A stretch of DNA of 64,000 bases, from positions 17,566 through 81,565 of the forward strand of contig JAWBAI010000005.1 in the NCBI GenBank assembly GCA_038816475.1, in the 5' to 3' direction. Every line of letters starts with the position of its first letter. Position 1 is the first letter of the stretch. The position numbers and the translations under genes are program-made. The notes beneath the pieces are model-generated. The model worked only from the letters and a program-made list of their open reading frames with translations. It made no database searches and was not told the origin of the DNA. Shown one piece after another: positions 1-9,220 of this stretch. This DNA is from Desulfurococcaceae archaeon (GTDB lineage: Archaea > Thermoproteota > Thermoprotei_A > Sulfolobales > Desulfurococcaceae).

Positions 1-656
1 ATCAACTCCGAGGGTTCACCGTAAACGTAGTGGTTGTAGCCGAGTAGTAGCATCTTCTTCGTGTAATCGAGCACTAGGAGGGGGTCGTGATTTGTCATCA
101 CGATTAGCTTTCTCTTTGAGAGTTCTCCAAGAAGCTCCGCTATGTCTACTTTCCCCTCGGGGTCAACACCTGTCAAAGGTTCATCTAAAAGTAGAATAGG
201 GGTGTTAGATGCAAGTGTTCTAGCTAAGAGAGCTCTGCGTACCATACCGCCTGATAATCTCGTCAACCTCTCACTCCACAGGCTTCTTGGGACACCGACC
301 ATTTCAAGGACCTCTGAGGTTCTCGTGTTCAAATCTACCTTTATCCCGTGCTTTCTTCTCCAGAGGTCGAGGTAGTTTTTAACAAACTCGTACGTTGATA
401 TAGGTGCTTCCATGGGTATGTTGAAGTCCTGAGGCATGTAGGATACTCCGCCCTCATCAACACCGGGCTCAACGTGAATGCTTCCAGACTGGGGCTTCAA
501 GGCTCCGAGTGTAGCTAGAATCAGTGTTGTTTTACCTACACTGTTTGGACCTACAACCTGGTACAAGCCTGGTCCAGGCATTTCTGCTGTTAAATCAGTT
601 ATAACCTCTCTGCATCCTCTTTTGACTGTTAAACGGTTGTAGTGTATTCTGGTCAT
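1..656 (-). CDS. Metal (Zn/Mn-type) ABC transporter ATP-binding subunit, 3' end truncated by window edge (not in ORF track)
   Basis: Manual translation from ATG at 656: MTRIHYNRLTV...GPNSVGKTT (Walker A)...LSGGMVRR (signature)...LLLDEP (Walker B)...TNHD; divergent from SBP/permease genes. Confidence 0.9.
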   Translation of the reverse strand, partial: MTRIHYNRLTVKRGCREVITDLTAEMPGPGLYQVVGPNSVGKTTLILATLGALKPQSGSIHVEPGVDEGGVSYMPQDFNIPMEAPISTYEFVKNYLDLWRRKHGIKVDLNTRTSEVLEMVGVPRSLWSERLTRLSGGMVRRALLARTLASNTPILLLDEPLTGVDPEGKVDIAELLGELSKRKLIVMTNHDPLLVLDYTKKMLLLGYNHYVYGEPSEL

Positions 657-663
657 GCTCCCT

Positions 664-705
664 TGTGCACAGTTTATTTAAGGGGGTTATAATATTTGTG
701 CACAA
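664..705. promoter_or_regulatory. Pair of TGTGCACA palindromes flanking the divergent promoter; candidate operator
   Basis: TGTGCACA at 664-671 and TTGTGCACAA at 696-705, with an AT-rich TATA-like core between them in a 61-bp intergenic region. Confidence 0.6.
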
Positions 706-717
706 CGTGGTGATACG

Positions 718-1746
718 TTGAGCGGAGAATTCAACCTGACATTGCACCGAGCCGCTTCAATGCTCTTCCTGATATTTGTGCTCGCGTGTAGTTCAGCAAT
801 TTTACACAGCGAGAACAACCCTTTGATCGTTGTTACGTTCTACTCGTTGAAAGAGGACGTTGAGCAGTTGCTCTGCGGATCCGGAGTGGTTCACTCCTTG
901 GTTAACCCAGGGGTCGATCCCCACGAGTACCAGTTGTCCATGGAGGACATTAGAATCCTTAGCCTAGCAGACCTGATCATTTCAACTGGTCACACACACT
1001 TTGAGCTCAGGATCAAGGAGCTCGTCGAGAGGGGTGAAATCAAAGCAAAATACGTCGATATCGTGGATGATGCAACAGTGATTCTACGCGTGAATCCGGT
1101 TACCGGTAAACCGAATTACCACATGCCTATCAGAGACCCCTACAACTACGTGGTCTTCGTTTTCAAGGTGGCAGAGGTCCTATCAGAGGTTGACCCCTCG
1201 AGAGCGAGTTGCTACTGGAGTAAAGCCTTCACCATTGCGGGAAGCGTCCTGAACACAGCTTCAATGCTAGCTGGAAGGTTCAGGGGGTTGGTCGTTGTTG
1301 ATAAACCACACGTGCAGTACGCTGTTTCGTGGCTTGGTTTCAATGTTACCTACATACTCAAGTACGAGGAGGAAGCACCACTAACACCTGAGCACGTGGA
1401 CGTGCTTCTAGAGCTCCTGAATCGAGGAAACGTTATAGCCGTGTTCGTAACAGACCCTCCTGATGCACCTGAATCCAGGGTTCTTCAGGAGGAAGCTCAA
1501 AAACGCGGTATACCTGTACTAAGAGTTCCTTCAGCGGTAACGACGGGCACGTACAAGACTATTAGAAGTGTAGCAGAGCAGGTATCTATGCTTGAGTTAG
1601 ATAGCACTCGTGAGGTACCAGTGCATGGAGCTGAGCGTGGAGCTCTGGATATGTATGGCATAGCACTGGGGTTCACACTGGGTTTTGTAACCGGCTTTGC
1701 ACTTCTTTACGTCATCTCCGCTAGGAGAAGACCATATACCAACTGA
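718..1746 (+). CDS. Metal ABC transporter substrate-binding protein (ZnuA/TroA family) with C-terminal membrane anchor
   Basis: N-terminal signal, GVDPHEY motif, NYH, C-terminal hydrophobic helix followed by RRR. Confidence 0.88.
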   Translation: MSGEFNLTLHRAASMLFLIFVLACSSAILHSENNPLIVVTFYSLKEDVEQLLCGSGVVHSLVNPGVDPHEYQLSMEDIRILSLADLIISTGHTHFELRIKELVERGEIKAKYVDIVDDATVILRVNPVTGKPNYHMPIRDPYNYVVFVFKVAEVLSEVDPSRASCYWSKAFTIAGSVLNTASMLAGRFRGLVVVDKPHVQYAVSWLGFNVTYILKYEEEAPLTPEHVDVLLELLNRGNVIAVFVTDPPDAPESRVLQEEAQKRGIPVLRVPSAVTTGTYKTIRSVAEQVSMLELDSTREVPVHGAERGALDMYGIALGFTLGFVTGFALLYVISARRRPYTN

Positions 1747-1755
1747 AGAACTCGG

Positions 1756-2568
1756 GTGAGAACCCTGGTTCATCCCACCATGTACTACCGTTTGATCGCC
1801 TACGTAGCCATGGGTGGTGCCATGGCTGCCATCAGCTTCGTAGTCTACTACAGGAGGCTCGAGTTCCTAGCAGCTGGTGCAACACACTCCGCCTTACTCG
1901 CTGTCGTCCTCGGAGTCTTGTTGGAGTACTACACAGGTTTGAATCACTATGTTCTAGCACTGCTGATCGGACTCGCTATTATTTACGCAGCCGGTGTCCT
2001 AGTGAAGACGGGCTTAACACCGGAGAAGGCTTCTGCACTACTGGTATCTTTCACATCAGCATCAGCTGTTCTATCAGTGCACTACGCTTTGACCATGATG
2101 CCAGGTAGAGTATCGTTATCCGCGCTGATTCTCGGAGATCCTCTCCTTTTAACAGTAGACGAAGCAGTTCTTGGAATTACTTTGTCCTTCACTATTATCG
2201 CAGCTGTGTACCTGTTGCGCCGAGCTGTTGTAGAAACCAGTGTAGACGAGGTCTCAGCCAAGATTGCAGGATTGAACACGGCTTTCTACGATCTAGTGGT
2301 TTACACGCTGATCGGCGCTGTAACTATTGGCATGCTGAGGCTCGCTGGGTACGTGATGGAGCACGTATTCGTACTCCTACCTGCACTCGCTACAGCTGAG
2401 TTCTCCGGTAGCACCGATGAGCACTTGGTTCTGACGATCACAGCTGGTGTTCTCTCGGCTCTTCTAGGATTCCTTCTATCGTACTTAGTGAGGTCTATTC
2501 CAACCGGTGTAACAGGCTTACTGCTCCTAGCTCTATTTATACTTGGTCGTCTTAAACCACGTAGATAG
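1756..2568 (+). CDS. Metal ABC transporter permease (ZnuB/ABC-3 family)
   Basis: Multi-TM protein, FLAAGATHSALLAV and LILGDPL motifs; operon with the SBP. Confidence 0.88.
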   Translation: MRTLVHPTMYYRLIAYVAMGGAMAAISFVVYYRRLEFLAAGATHSALLAVVLGVLLEYYTGLNHYVLALLIGLAIIYAAGVLVKTGLTPEKASALLVSFTSASAVLSVHYALTMMPGRVSLSALILGDPLLLTVDEAVLGITLSFTIIAAVYLLRRAVVETSVDEVSAKIAGLNTAFYDLVVYTLIGAVTIGMLRLAGYVMEHVFVLLPALATAEFSGSTDEHLVLTITAGVLSALLGFLLSYLVRSIPTGVTGLLLLALFILGRLKPRR

Positions 2569-2579
2569 GGTGGTAACGC

Positions 2580-2978
2580 TTGGTTTCAAAGAAGAGATTC
2601 GGTGTAAGTATTCCCGCAGATGTTGCTGAAGTGCTAGACGAGATCGCTGCCGAAACCAGGCGTAACAGGTCCAGCTTGGTTGCTAAAGCTATAGAGGAGT
2701 ACATACACGAGGAGCTACACTACAGTAGAGAGCACACCTGCTCAGGAGTACTCATACTGTGGGGTAGTGGAGCACCAAGTGATGGTGACCTCGGAGACCT
2801 CAGGACGATCGTCAAAACATCGTGCTCTGTTAGATTTGCAGACTACGTTGTTACCGTATTATTCGTTGAGGGCTCCTACGACAAGATCAGGTTTCTGATG
2901 AGCAAAGTAGCTGGTAAAACCGAGTTCTCAAGGTATATACCGCTTTACTGTATCTACCGGAGGAAGAAGCAACGTTGA
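2580..2978 (+). CDS. NikR-like ribbon-helix-helix transcriptional regulator
   Basis: RFGVSIP...NRSSLVAKAIEEYI RHH domain plus ACT-like C-terminal domain; located in metal ABC operon. Confidence 0.8.
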   Translation: MVSKKRFGVSIPADVAEVLDEIAAETRRNRSSLVAKAIEEYIHEELHYSREHTCSGVLILWGSGAPSDGDLGDLRTIVKTSCSVRFADYVVTVLFVEGSYDKIRFLMSKVAGKTEFSRYIPLYCIYRRKKQR

Positions 2979-3856
2979 GTATTGACTCGTACAGAGTATC
3001 CTTTAAACCCGTGAACGGCTACTGGTTTACATCCTTCCTGCTGAAAAGCATTGAGGGCAAAACAGGGTGCTTTACGACCACACTGGACCTCGGGGTCTCA
3101 ACTACCAGGGTTTGCGTAGAGAACGGAGAGCTCGTGGTGAACAAGCTAAGAGTAAACATAGAGTCCGTTAAGCCCAGCGAGGACGATAGAGTAGTGCTAC
3201 TTGAGGAGAGTGGAGCAATCTACGAGGTTGTTAAGCACACCATTATGGGTTTCTACAAGCTTAAAGCAGTAGCTGTGGATAAAGCACCTACACTCGAAAT
3301 CAGTGGAATACACATGCACAGGATAACCAACGTAGATCCGTGGACTGATACCCTACTCAAGGTTAAAGCTGCGAGAATCAAGCGTGGCTGCAGGGTGCTT
3401 GATACATGCATGGGTCTTGGTTACACCGCAATAGCATCTGTTCTCAGAGGTTCAAATGAGGTTTACACGTTCGAGATCGACGAGAACGTTATTTGGATAG
3501 CTGAGAGAAACCCCTGGAGTAGGTTGCTAGCGGAATTCTCGATAAGAGTTCATCTAGGTGATGTAACAAAGCTGGTACACTACCTGCCATCCAGCTACTT
3601 TCACAGAATAATACACGATCCCCCTAGGTTCACGAGAACAACAGGTGAACTCTACAGTACTGATTTCTACATGGAACTGTTCAGGGTTTTGAAGCCTAAC
3701 GGTCTCCTCTTCCACTACACTGGTGAACCCCGAAGACACGGTGCTCCAAGCATACTAAAAGGCATAAAGGAAAGACTAGAGAAAGCTGGTTTCAGGGTAC
3801 TACGCTACGATGAGAAAGCACAGGGATACGTAGCCTATAAACCGTATTCTTTGTGA
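2975..3856 (+). CDS. Archaeal class I SAM-dependent methyltransferase (COG2521-like)
   Basis: PTLEISGIHMH, VLDTCMGLGYTA, IIHDPPRF motifs. Confidence 0.85.
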   Translation: MSIDSYRVSFKPVNGYWFTSFLLKSIEGKTGCFTTTLDLGVSTTRVCVENGELVVNKLRVNIESVKPSEDDRVVLLEESGAIYEVVKHTIMGFYKLKAVAVDKAPTLEISGIHMHRITNVDPWTDTLLKVKAARIKRGCRVLDTCMGLGYTAIASVLRGSNEVYTFEIDENVIWIAERNPWSRLLAEFSIRVHLGDVTKLVHYLPSSYFHRIIHDPPRFTRTTGELYSTDFYMELFRVLKPNGLLFHYTGEPRRHGAPSILKGIKERLEKAGFRVLRYDEKAQGYVAYKPYSL

Positions 3857-3927
3857 CGCGCAGAGAGGCTACAGCACGCTCACCCATTCATACTCATCTA
3901 TTTTAGCAACCATACGCATTCCAGAAA

Positions 3928-3982
3928 CATGTGATGAAAGCATCCTAAGCAGAGCTCGTGAAGAGGGTTAGGGGGCTGATGA
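3928..3982 (+). ncRNA. Candidate box C/D guide sRNA
   Basis: C GTGATGA (3931-37), 12-nt guide, D' CAGA, C' GTGAAGA, 11-nt guide, D CTGA (3976-79); canonical archaeal spacing; intergenic. Confidence 0.7.
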
Positions 3983-4283
3983 CCCTAATCCTGAATTCAC
4001 CTATGTGTGTAAAGACCATGCTAGCTTGTTCAACGCATGAGCGCTTGTCCTACGTATGAGAGAACATGGCTGTAGACGCGGTTTCTAGGACTACTGATTT
4101 TCGAACCTTACCGATGCTAAACGTTGTTAACCTTGTAAGACTTCGTTAAACCCCGCAGGTGTTAATGCTTACATAAACAAGTTAATTCTTCATGCTGGCT
4201 CGGAACCAAAGGAGATGTACCATCAGGTGGAAATGCCGTATTTAGGTGGTACGTTGACTAGTCGCTGTGATCACTCTTTCTCT

Positions 4284-4823
4284 CTAGCTTAACGAGTTAC
4301 GAGCGTCCACAGGTTTAACTTGGGGTTTGTAAATGTAGAAATCATCTACGCAGTTTAGCTTAAAAGAGTATTCCTGGTCGAGATCGCTTGGGAGAACCTT
4401 GTATGTTCTGGGATGCCCTGTGATTACAGCAACTCCTTTCTCGTTGATCACGCGCTTGAGTTCGTGAAGAGCTTTTCCTTTCTCTTCTATAGCGCCCCAT
4501 GTTGAAATCGAGAGTGCATAATCGAAAACACCGCTTCTCAGTGGTAACTTCTCGGCGTACCCGAGGATGATCAGAGCTCTTGGTTCTTTTACTAGCTTTT
4601 TTTGAGCTTCGATGAGAATCTCTTCATCGGGGTCCAGGCATATGTACCTCTTGACTCTGTAGTTCTTGATTTTAAAGTACTCGTATAGTAGTGCTGTACC
4701 GCAACCAGCATCCAGCAAGTCTCCACGTGGTTCGCCTACAAGCTGAACGAGGCAGTTGTACTTCTCGAACTGCTCATCCTTGTACAGCTCGTCGTACACA
4801 CTAGGCTTAACGAGGCGTATCAA
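4284..4823 (-). CDS. Class I SAM-dependent methyltransferase
   Basis: LLDAGCGTA motif I; AEKLPLRSGVFD. Confidence 0.85.
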   Translation of the reverse strand: MIRLVKPSVYDELYKDEQFEKYNCLVQLVGEPRGDLLDAGCGTALLYEYFKIKNYRVKRYICLDPDEEILIEAQKKLVKEPRALIILGYAEKLPLRSGVFDYALSISTWGAIEEKGKALHELKRVINEKGVAVITGHPRTYKVLPSDLDQEYSFKLNCVDDFYIYKPQVKPVDARNSLS

Positions 4824-4825
4824 GG

Positions 4826-5614
4826 TTACCCCTGCTTTCTAAGGAACTCGTCGAGGGGTTTTGCTCTTTTTACCTGCTTCTTCTTAACCAGCTCCCAGAT
4901 TTTCCTTAGATCAACGTACCTGTACTCTAGTCCGAGCCTATGGAGCGTTTCTAGTGCTGTTGGTGAAAAGGATGGTGCTACGAGTATACCTCTGGGAGTT
5001 ACACCGTGTTCTCGGCGGTAAGCTTCTACGTACTTGTAGAGTTGTAGTACGGCTTCGCGTGTGGCCGTTACACGTTTAAGCTCTATTAGCACCCGCCTCT
5101 TGTGCTTGTCCATGGCGTATATGTCTACGTAGCCGTCTCCAACTGGTTTCTCAACTTCAAGTACTTCTAAACCTTCCTCGATGATCCAGGGGTTTTCAGC
5201 AATCGTATTCCTCATAACATTCTCGTCTACGTACATAACGAACTCAGCTTTGTCCACGAGTTTTCTCGCTATTGCATAGTACACCTTGCTGAATGTGATC
5301 GTTAAGTACTCTCGAGGCGAATCGCGAACACCATGCAGTAGAAGACCCACCTCGGGCTTGTAGGTGACTTCGATAACCGAGGTTGATGGTTGCCAGTTAA
5401 CCGGTGAATAGCCTGTTGGTCTATGCACAAGCATAGCACCATCCTGCTTTATCACTACAATCCTCTCGCCGCGTTCGAGTCTCGAAGAGCCTCTGCCCTC
5501 ATAGTCAACACTACACTCACCAATGATCACCACTGTGGATTTTTCAAGTAGAGCTCTTCTGATGAACTGCAGTACGTCCTCTAGCTCTGGTTCAACCAGT
5601 ATTTCGCTTTTCAA
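4826..5614 (-). CDS. nucS: Endonuclease NucS (EndoMS, mismatch repair)
   Basis: CSVDYEGR, IKQDGAMLVH, PVNWQP, VDIYA...IELKR, QLYKY. Confidence 0.95.
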   Translation of the reverse strand: MKSEILVEPELEDVLQFIRRALLEKSTVVIIGECSVDYEGRGSSRLERGERIVVIKQDGAMLVHRPTGYSPVNWQPSTSVIEVTYKPEVGLLLHGVRDSPREYLTITFSKVYYAIARKLVDKAEFVMYVDENVMRNTIAENPWIIEEGLEVLEVEKPVGDGYVDIYAMDKHKRRVLIELKRVTATREAVLQLYKYVEAYRREHGVTPRGILVAPSFSPTALETLHRLGLEYRYVDLRKIWELVKKKQVKRAKPLDEFLRKQG

Positions 5615-5682
5615 TGCTGAATCCTCCTACCCAGTGTTAATACTTGAGCATGCTGATAAACGTACAGGAGGGGTTAAACGGT

Positions 5683-6570
5683 TTGAAGATAAAGCTTGTA
5701 GCCTTCGACAGCATGGGAGTTAGAAGCATGGCTACATTCGTGGAGACAAGCGAAGCAACAATATTCATAGACCCTGGTGCAGCCCTCGGTCCACGCAGGT
5801 ACGGTTTACCACCACACGATGTAGAACTCAAAGCACTGGAGGAGAAGCTGAACGAGATATACAGGCTGATCCCCGAGTCACACGCTCTCGTTATAACCCA
5901 CTATCACAGAGATCACTACCTCTACAGGCGTGGAGAAGAAGAATACTACAGCGGTAAAGTAATCTACGCTAAAAACCCATACAGCTCTATAAACCCGAGT
6001 CAGAGAATCAGAGCTTATGTTCTCTACAGAAAAATGGGTGTTGAAGCAAAAGCCTCCAGGATAATCTACTCAGATGGACTATTGGAATACATTGGTAGAG
6101 TTAAACTAGAGTTCTCAAATCCACTGCCACACGGTGAATGCAACTCGAAGCTTGGCTGGGTCATAGGTGTAGCCATTGAGGAAGACGACTACAGAATTGT
6201 CTACGCTAGTGATGCTCAAGGACTTCTATGCAAGGACTCATTAGACTTCGTAGTTAAAAAGCCCTGGAACATGCTGATCGTCAGTGGACCAGCAACATAC
6301 CACATGAAAAACCCCGATCCACAGGTAGTCATGGAGAACCTGCTCAGAGCTACTAGCAATGCGGATGAGAAAGCAGTAGTCGTAGTTGACCATCACCTTC
6401 TCAGAGACATCAAATACAAGAAGTACCTGGAGTATCTTAGAAGAATGAGTAGAGCTAGAGTAGTAACAGCGGCTGAGTACATGGGCTCCGAGGTTAAACA
6501 ACTCGAAGCATACAGGTTCTCATTGTGGGGATTAAGATCACACGAGGAAACAGCAATCGAGGAGGAGTAG
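5683..6570 (+). CDS. Metallo-beta-lactamase-fold hydrolase (UPF0282 family)
   Basis: AFDSMGVRSMATFVE, ITHYHRDHY, DHHLLRD; start moved to TTG 5683 behind AGGAGGGG RBS (ORF track gives 5644). Confidence 0.85.
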   Translation: MKIKLVAFDSMGVRSMATFVETSEATIFIDPGAALGPRRYGLPPHDVELKALEEKLNEIYRLIPESHALVITHYHRDHYLYRRGEEEYYSGKVIYAKNPYSSINPSQRIRAYVLYRKMGVEAKASRIIYSDGLLEYIGRVKLEFSNPLPHGECNSKLGWVIGVAIEEDDYRIVYASDAQGLLCKDSLDFVVKKPWNMLIVSGPATYHMKNPDPQVVMENLLRATSNADEKAVVVVDHHLLRDIKYKKYLEYLRRMSRARVVTAAEYMGSEVKQLEAYRFSLWGLRSHEETAIEEE

Positions 6571-6633
6571 AATCACGAGCTTGCACACAGACCTTGCAGA
6601 TGCATATAAAGTCCCAGTATCCCAGAAGGATTA

Positions 6634-6694
6634 TACGGATGATTTGCGTTGAGCCCCGCGACTGATGCGTGATGAAAGCGACCTCGAATGATAA
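6634..6694 (+). ncRNA. Candidate box C/D guide sRNA
   Basis: Degenerate C CGGATGA (6636-42), D' CTGA (6662-65), perfect C' GTGATGA (6669-75), 12-nt guide, D-like ATGA (6688-91); TATA-like CATATAAA at 6603-10. Confidence 0.5.
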
Positions 6695-6756
6695 GGTTTA
6701 AAAATCCTTGTTTAAACAACAATAACGTAGTCTACTTTCACGGGTCATGGTGAGAA

Positions 6757-7650
6757 TTGAGTAAAACCATAAAAGTACTGTTCTCAATAAACCTGATCTC
6801 AGTTGTTCTCAAAACTCTCAGTGCAACTGGTACAAGCGCTGTTAGCGTGTTTCTCGATCTCCTGAACGACGCGGGCGATACAGTTGGATTAGGGCTTCTC
6901 CTCACGGGTCTACACTTCAAGCCTAAGAACCCCATTGCGTATCCCTACGGAACTAGAAGAGCTGTGTACGTTCTCGGTTTGGTCTTCATAATTCTGGTGT
7001 CAGTTCTGCTTTTCGTAGTTTCATTGTTCAAGATGATATCGTTGCTACAGGGAGAAGTTTCAGTAGAGTCTAAGCCGTACGCTGTTCTTGCATTTGCAGC
7101 TGCTTTTGCTTTAAACCTGTACGGCTTGTACGTTGTCTTGAAAACCAAGAGAACTGGTGCAAGCGATCCAGCATCCACCAGTGGTTTAATAGATGCTCTA
7201 AGCGATAGCATGGGCAGCTTTGTGGCATTACTCGCGATGATCACCGGCAGTATACTCGTGGATACCATTGGTAGCTTCCTAATACTAGCTGTAATACTCA
7301 TCTCGGCTGTTACCATTTCGCACAGGTACTTCCACGTACTAGTAGGTAAGTCTCCGCCTAAGGAAGTGCTCAGAAGAACACTTCAAACCCTGCTTTCGCT
7401 ACTCGAGGTTAAAGACGTGAACGTTTTCAATGCATCAATGATCACGGAGGACGAGTACATGCTTGTGCTGGAAGTCGAGGTAGACCGTGAAATGGATGTA
7501 GAAGACTTGGAGAAGCTCTCGAACATCATTGAGGAGAAAGTGAAGCAGGTTGAACCCAGGTTCAAGCACGTAGTAGTAGAGTTTGTAGCTGAGAGAAAAG
7601 ACAAAACCTACAGAAGAATCGTCAGCGAAGTTGACAACCTAGAGGAGTGA
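6757..7650 (+). CDS. Cation diffusion facilitator (CDF) family transporter
   Basis: DLLND, YPYG and DALSD motifs; TM helices followed by a C-terminal dimerisation domain. Confidence 0.85.
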   Translation: MSKTIKVLFSINLISVVLKTLSATGTSAVSVFLDLLNDAGDTVGLGLLLTGLHFKPKNPIAYPYGTRRAVYVLGLVFIILVSVLLFVVSLFKMISLLQGEVSVESKPYAVLAFAAAFALNLYGLYVVLKTKRTGASDPASTSGLIDALSDSMGSFVALLAMITGSILVDTIGSFLILAVILISAVTISHRYFHVLVGKSPPKEVLRRTLQTLLSLLEVKDVNVFNASMITEDEYMLVLEVEVDREMDVEDLEKLSNIIEEKVKQVEPRFKHVVVEFVAERKDKTYRRIVSEVDNLEE

Positions 7651-8096
7651 ACTCCACGAGGTAAACCCAGGCTAACCGTACGATCATTGCCTAAGATGGG
7701 TTTAAACGTTAAATGGTGTTCTCGCATTTGCTCAATATGAGCTTTTCTCCCTGGTTACCAATTTATTGAGCTCTTGAAAAGCCTTACCTTCTTATCGTCA
7801 CCTATATCCGCTAATACATTCACAAGATCTCTTATCGTGTAAGCAGAAACTCTTCATACTAGATAAGCTACTAGAAGCAAACAGCTTAACTACGGCAATA
7901 GCGTGGCTTAGTGCTGTGTACTACGCTACCCACGTAGCATCATAAAAGGCTGAAACGGAGAGTAAAGCCTACGACTAGTTAAACCTCTCCTACTTTTTAG
8001 ACCTTTCATTGTCCTCTCACACGAACATTAGCCTAAATGAGCTTGATTGAAGTTGGGAAAGGAGGTTAAAACGTAGAGTTGAGGTTCTACGAACCG

Positions 8097-8630
8097 CTAT
8101 CCGAACACTACTCCAGTGACTAGTAGGAGTCCCGGTATAAGTAGAGTTAAAAAGGAGCAGACAAGGCACCAGTACTTAGCTGCTTTACCGTACGTAGGCT
8201 TTCCTGTTAGTAACGCGAGGACGAATAGCAGGTACACTATAAAATATGCCCAGCAGAAAGCTGAAAATATCAACAGGCCTACTATTACGAAGTAAATTGC
8301 ATACATAGCATCAGCTATTCCCAAGTACATGAGAAAGCATGCCAGTGTCTTAGGGCTTAAACCTCTTATACTCCATATACCAGCCATGATGAAGGTGAAA
8401 GCAAATACTATTACCAGAGCTTCAGGAAGAGCGAGTCCAAGCCCTATGTACGCGAACAACCCTGTAATCAACCCTATGAAACCTGCTGCAGTAACCAAAA
8501 AACCAACAGCCTTAGCTTCAGCTTTTCCAAATAGTTGCCGAGCGAACATGAAAAGTACCAGACCGTAGAACATCATAGCAGTTCCAACGGGTTCCAGGAT
8601 TAGAAACTGCATACAGATAATCCTTTTCAA
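8097..8630 (-). CDS. AmiS/UreI-like small membrane channel (start possibly ATG 8612)
   Basis: About 6 TM helices in ~170 aa; LFGKAEAKAVG and FAFTFIMAG resemble AmiS/UreI segments. Confidence 0.55.
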   Translation of the reverse strand: MKRIICMQFLILEPVGTAMMFYGLVLFMFARQLFGKAEAKAVGFLVTAAGFIGLITGLFAYIGLGLALPEALVIVFAFTFIMAGIWSIRGLSPKTLACFLMYLGIADAMYAIYFVIVGLLIFSAFCWAYFIVYLLFVLALLTGKPTYGKAAKYWCLVCSFLTLLIPGLLLVTGVVFG

Positions 8631-8765
8631 TTTTCAATTTGTTTTTACTCATACAGGGGTCAGGTATCTTGGTTAATAGTTAGGTTCGATTAAGTTTGGT
8701 TCGGTTTTTTAACACCTGCATCGGGATTTTTCAATGAACTTTTTCATACCCTGGTACCGTGCCGA

Positions 8766-9158
8766 TTAGTCCTCTACGTATTCTTTGAAATCTACTTCCT
8801 TCCCGTGCTTTACAAACTTTATTCTGAGTTCCGGTTTGATGTCTAGACCGAGACGCCTTATAATTGTGTATACTGTTAAGCCATCGATCTCCTTTATCAC
8901 CCCGCTGTTCAGCAACTTGTAGAGCTCTGGTATGAGGACTCTATAGATATCCGGGTACATGTTCTTGAGCTTCTCCAGTAGTTCTACGGCTTTCTCATCG
9001 GTGGCTTTGCTTAAGACCACCTTCTCGGGGTCTTCACCGGGTTCTTTCTTTGCCTCCTTCTGCTGTTGAGCAATCATCTTCATGTACTTCTTCATCTTCT
9101 GCATTACAATAAACTCTGGTAGGTCCTCTGTAAGCATAGTGTTAAACCCTCTCTGCAT
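8766..9158 (-). CDS. Small helical protein, PDCD5-like double-stranded DNA-binding family
   Basis: Charged helical protein with EKAVELLEKLK..YP and LLNSGVIKEID pattern. Confidence 0.5.
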   Translation of the reverse strand: MQRGFNTMLTEDLPEFIVMQKMKKYMKMIAQQQKEAKKEPGEDPEKVVLSKATDEKAVELLEKLKNMYPDIYRVLIPELYKLLNSGVIKEIDGLTVYTIIRRLGLDIKPELRIKFVKHGKEVDFKEYVED

Positions 9159-9220
9159 TCTCTACTTGTTGGTTTTATTTGAGTAGTGGTGTTTAAAGTG
9201 TTTGAAGATGTAGTTAGGTA

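Noticed and set aside
142-375. 77-aa plus-strand ORF, and the many other 60-160 aa ORFs antisense to or overlapping larger genes
   Set aside because: Shadow ORFs of well-supported genes (here the ABC ATPase); Ser/Thr-rich composition typical of antisense frames and no motifs
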